Source: Mobula hypostoma (taxonomy: Eukaryota). Taken from it: DNA of 64,000 nt. A program made the position numbers and the translations under genes. Under the pieces are notes generated by a model. The model had not been told where the DNA came from. It did no database searches and saw nothing but the letters and a program-made list of their open reading frames with translations. Positions 63,160 through 64,000 of the stretch are shown piece after piece (the stretch's first letter is position 1; each line of letters begins with the position of its first letter). The stretch spans positions 199,332,001 to 199,396,000 of the forward strand of contig NC_086097.1 of NCBI RefSeq assembly GCF_963921235.1, written 5' to 3'.

Positions 63160-64000
63160 ACCACATAGAACATTACCACACAGTACAGGCCTTCGGCCCA
63201 AGATCTTAATTTACTCTAAAATCAATCTAACCCTTCCCTTCTACATGGCCCTCCAAAGTCTCTGGTTGTCCATTCGATATAAGCTTCTTATCATCTTGTA
63301 CAACTCTATCAGATCACCTCTTATCCTCCACTCCAAAAAGAAATACCCCAGCTCATTCAACCAATCCTCATAAGACGTGCTCTCCAATCCAGGCAGTTTC
63401 TAGGTAAATCTCCTCTGTACGCTCTCTAAAGCTTCCACTTCCTTCCTATAATATGGTGAGCAGAACTGGATAGACAATTCCAAGTATGGTCTAACCAGTG
63501 TTTTATAGAGCTGCAAAATTACCTCATGATCCTTGAACCCAGTTCCCTGACCATTAGAAGCCAACACACCATACTCCTTCTTAACCACCCTATCAACTTG
63601 TATGACAACTTCGATAAATCTATGAGCATGAACCCCAAGATCCCTCTGTTCCTTCACACTGCTAGGAATCCTGCCATCAACATTGTATTATTCCACCTTC
63701 ACACTCGACCTTCCAAAGTGTATCATTTCACACTTTTCGGAGTTGAACTCCATCTGACACTTCTCAGACCAGATCTGCATCCTATAGATGTCCTGCTGTA
63801 ACTCTGGGCAAGCTTCTGCACTATCTACAATACTACTGACTTCTGTTTAATCTGCAAAATTACTAGCATACCCTTCCACTTCCTCATTGAAGTCATTTAT
63901 AAAACTCACAAAGAGCAGGATTCCCAGAACAGATTCCTGGGGAATGCCACTGGTTACTTGTCTCCAGACAGAATACGCTTCATCTACAATTACCCTCTGT
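63160..64000 (-). mobile_element. CR1 3' fragment with internal deletion, running off the window end
   Basis: EQRDLGV...LYKTLVRPYLE...VQRRFT; CR1-type tail near 63160-63200. Confidence 0.88.

Overview
Eukaryotic, repeat-saturated, apparently non-coding DNA (intergenic or a large intron). The mix of abundant CR1 LINEs, V-SINEs of the HE1 type, Rex1/Babar LINEs and Penelope-like elements suggests a vertebrate, most likely a cartilaginous fish (inference). I recognised no host exon, tRNA, rRNA or CRISPR array; nearly all long ORFs are retroelement fragments or their antisense shadows. Main contents: (1) a decayed minus-strand Gmr1-type Gypsy element (1-4112; SCAN-like Gag, integrase before RT, tRNA-Pro-like PBS) and a related solo LTR with a 4-bp TSD (41556-42416); (2) a structurally complete Gypsy element (24511-29023; 5-bp TSD) that lacks a tRNA PBS and instead has a 15/16-nt fold-back to its own LTR; (3) an old non-autonomous sushi-like LTR element (37415-40903); (4) a full-length decayed L1 (56209-61852) with TSD and 5' YY1 motif; (5) Penelope-like insertions with minimal hammerhead ribozymes, including a 210-bp insertion forming a perfect 66-bp hairpin; (6) about 14 CR1 fragments, several Rex1/Babar fragments and SINEs, often nested. 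No wholly new system is demonstrated. The best leads are the putative self-priming/poly(A)-masking LTR hairpin and the ribozyme-bearing Penelope fold-back.
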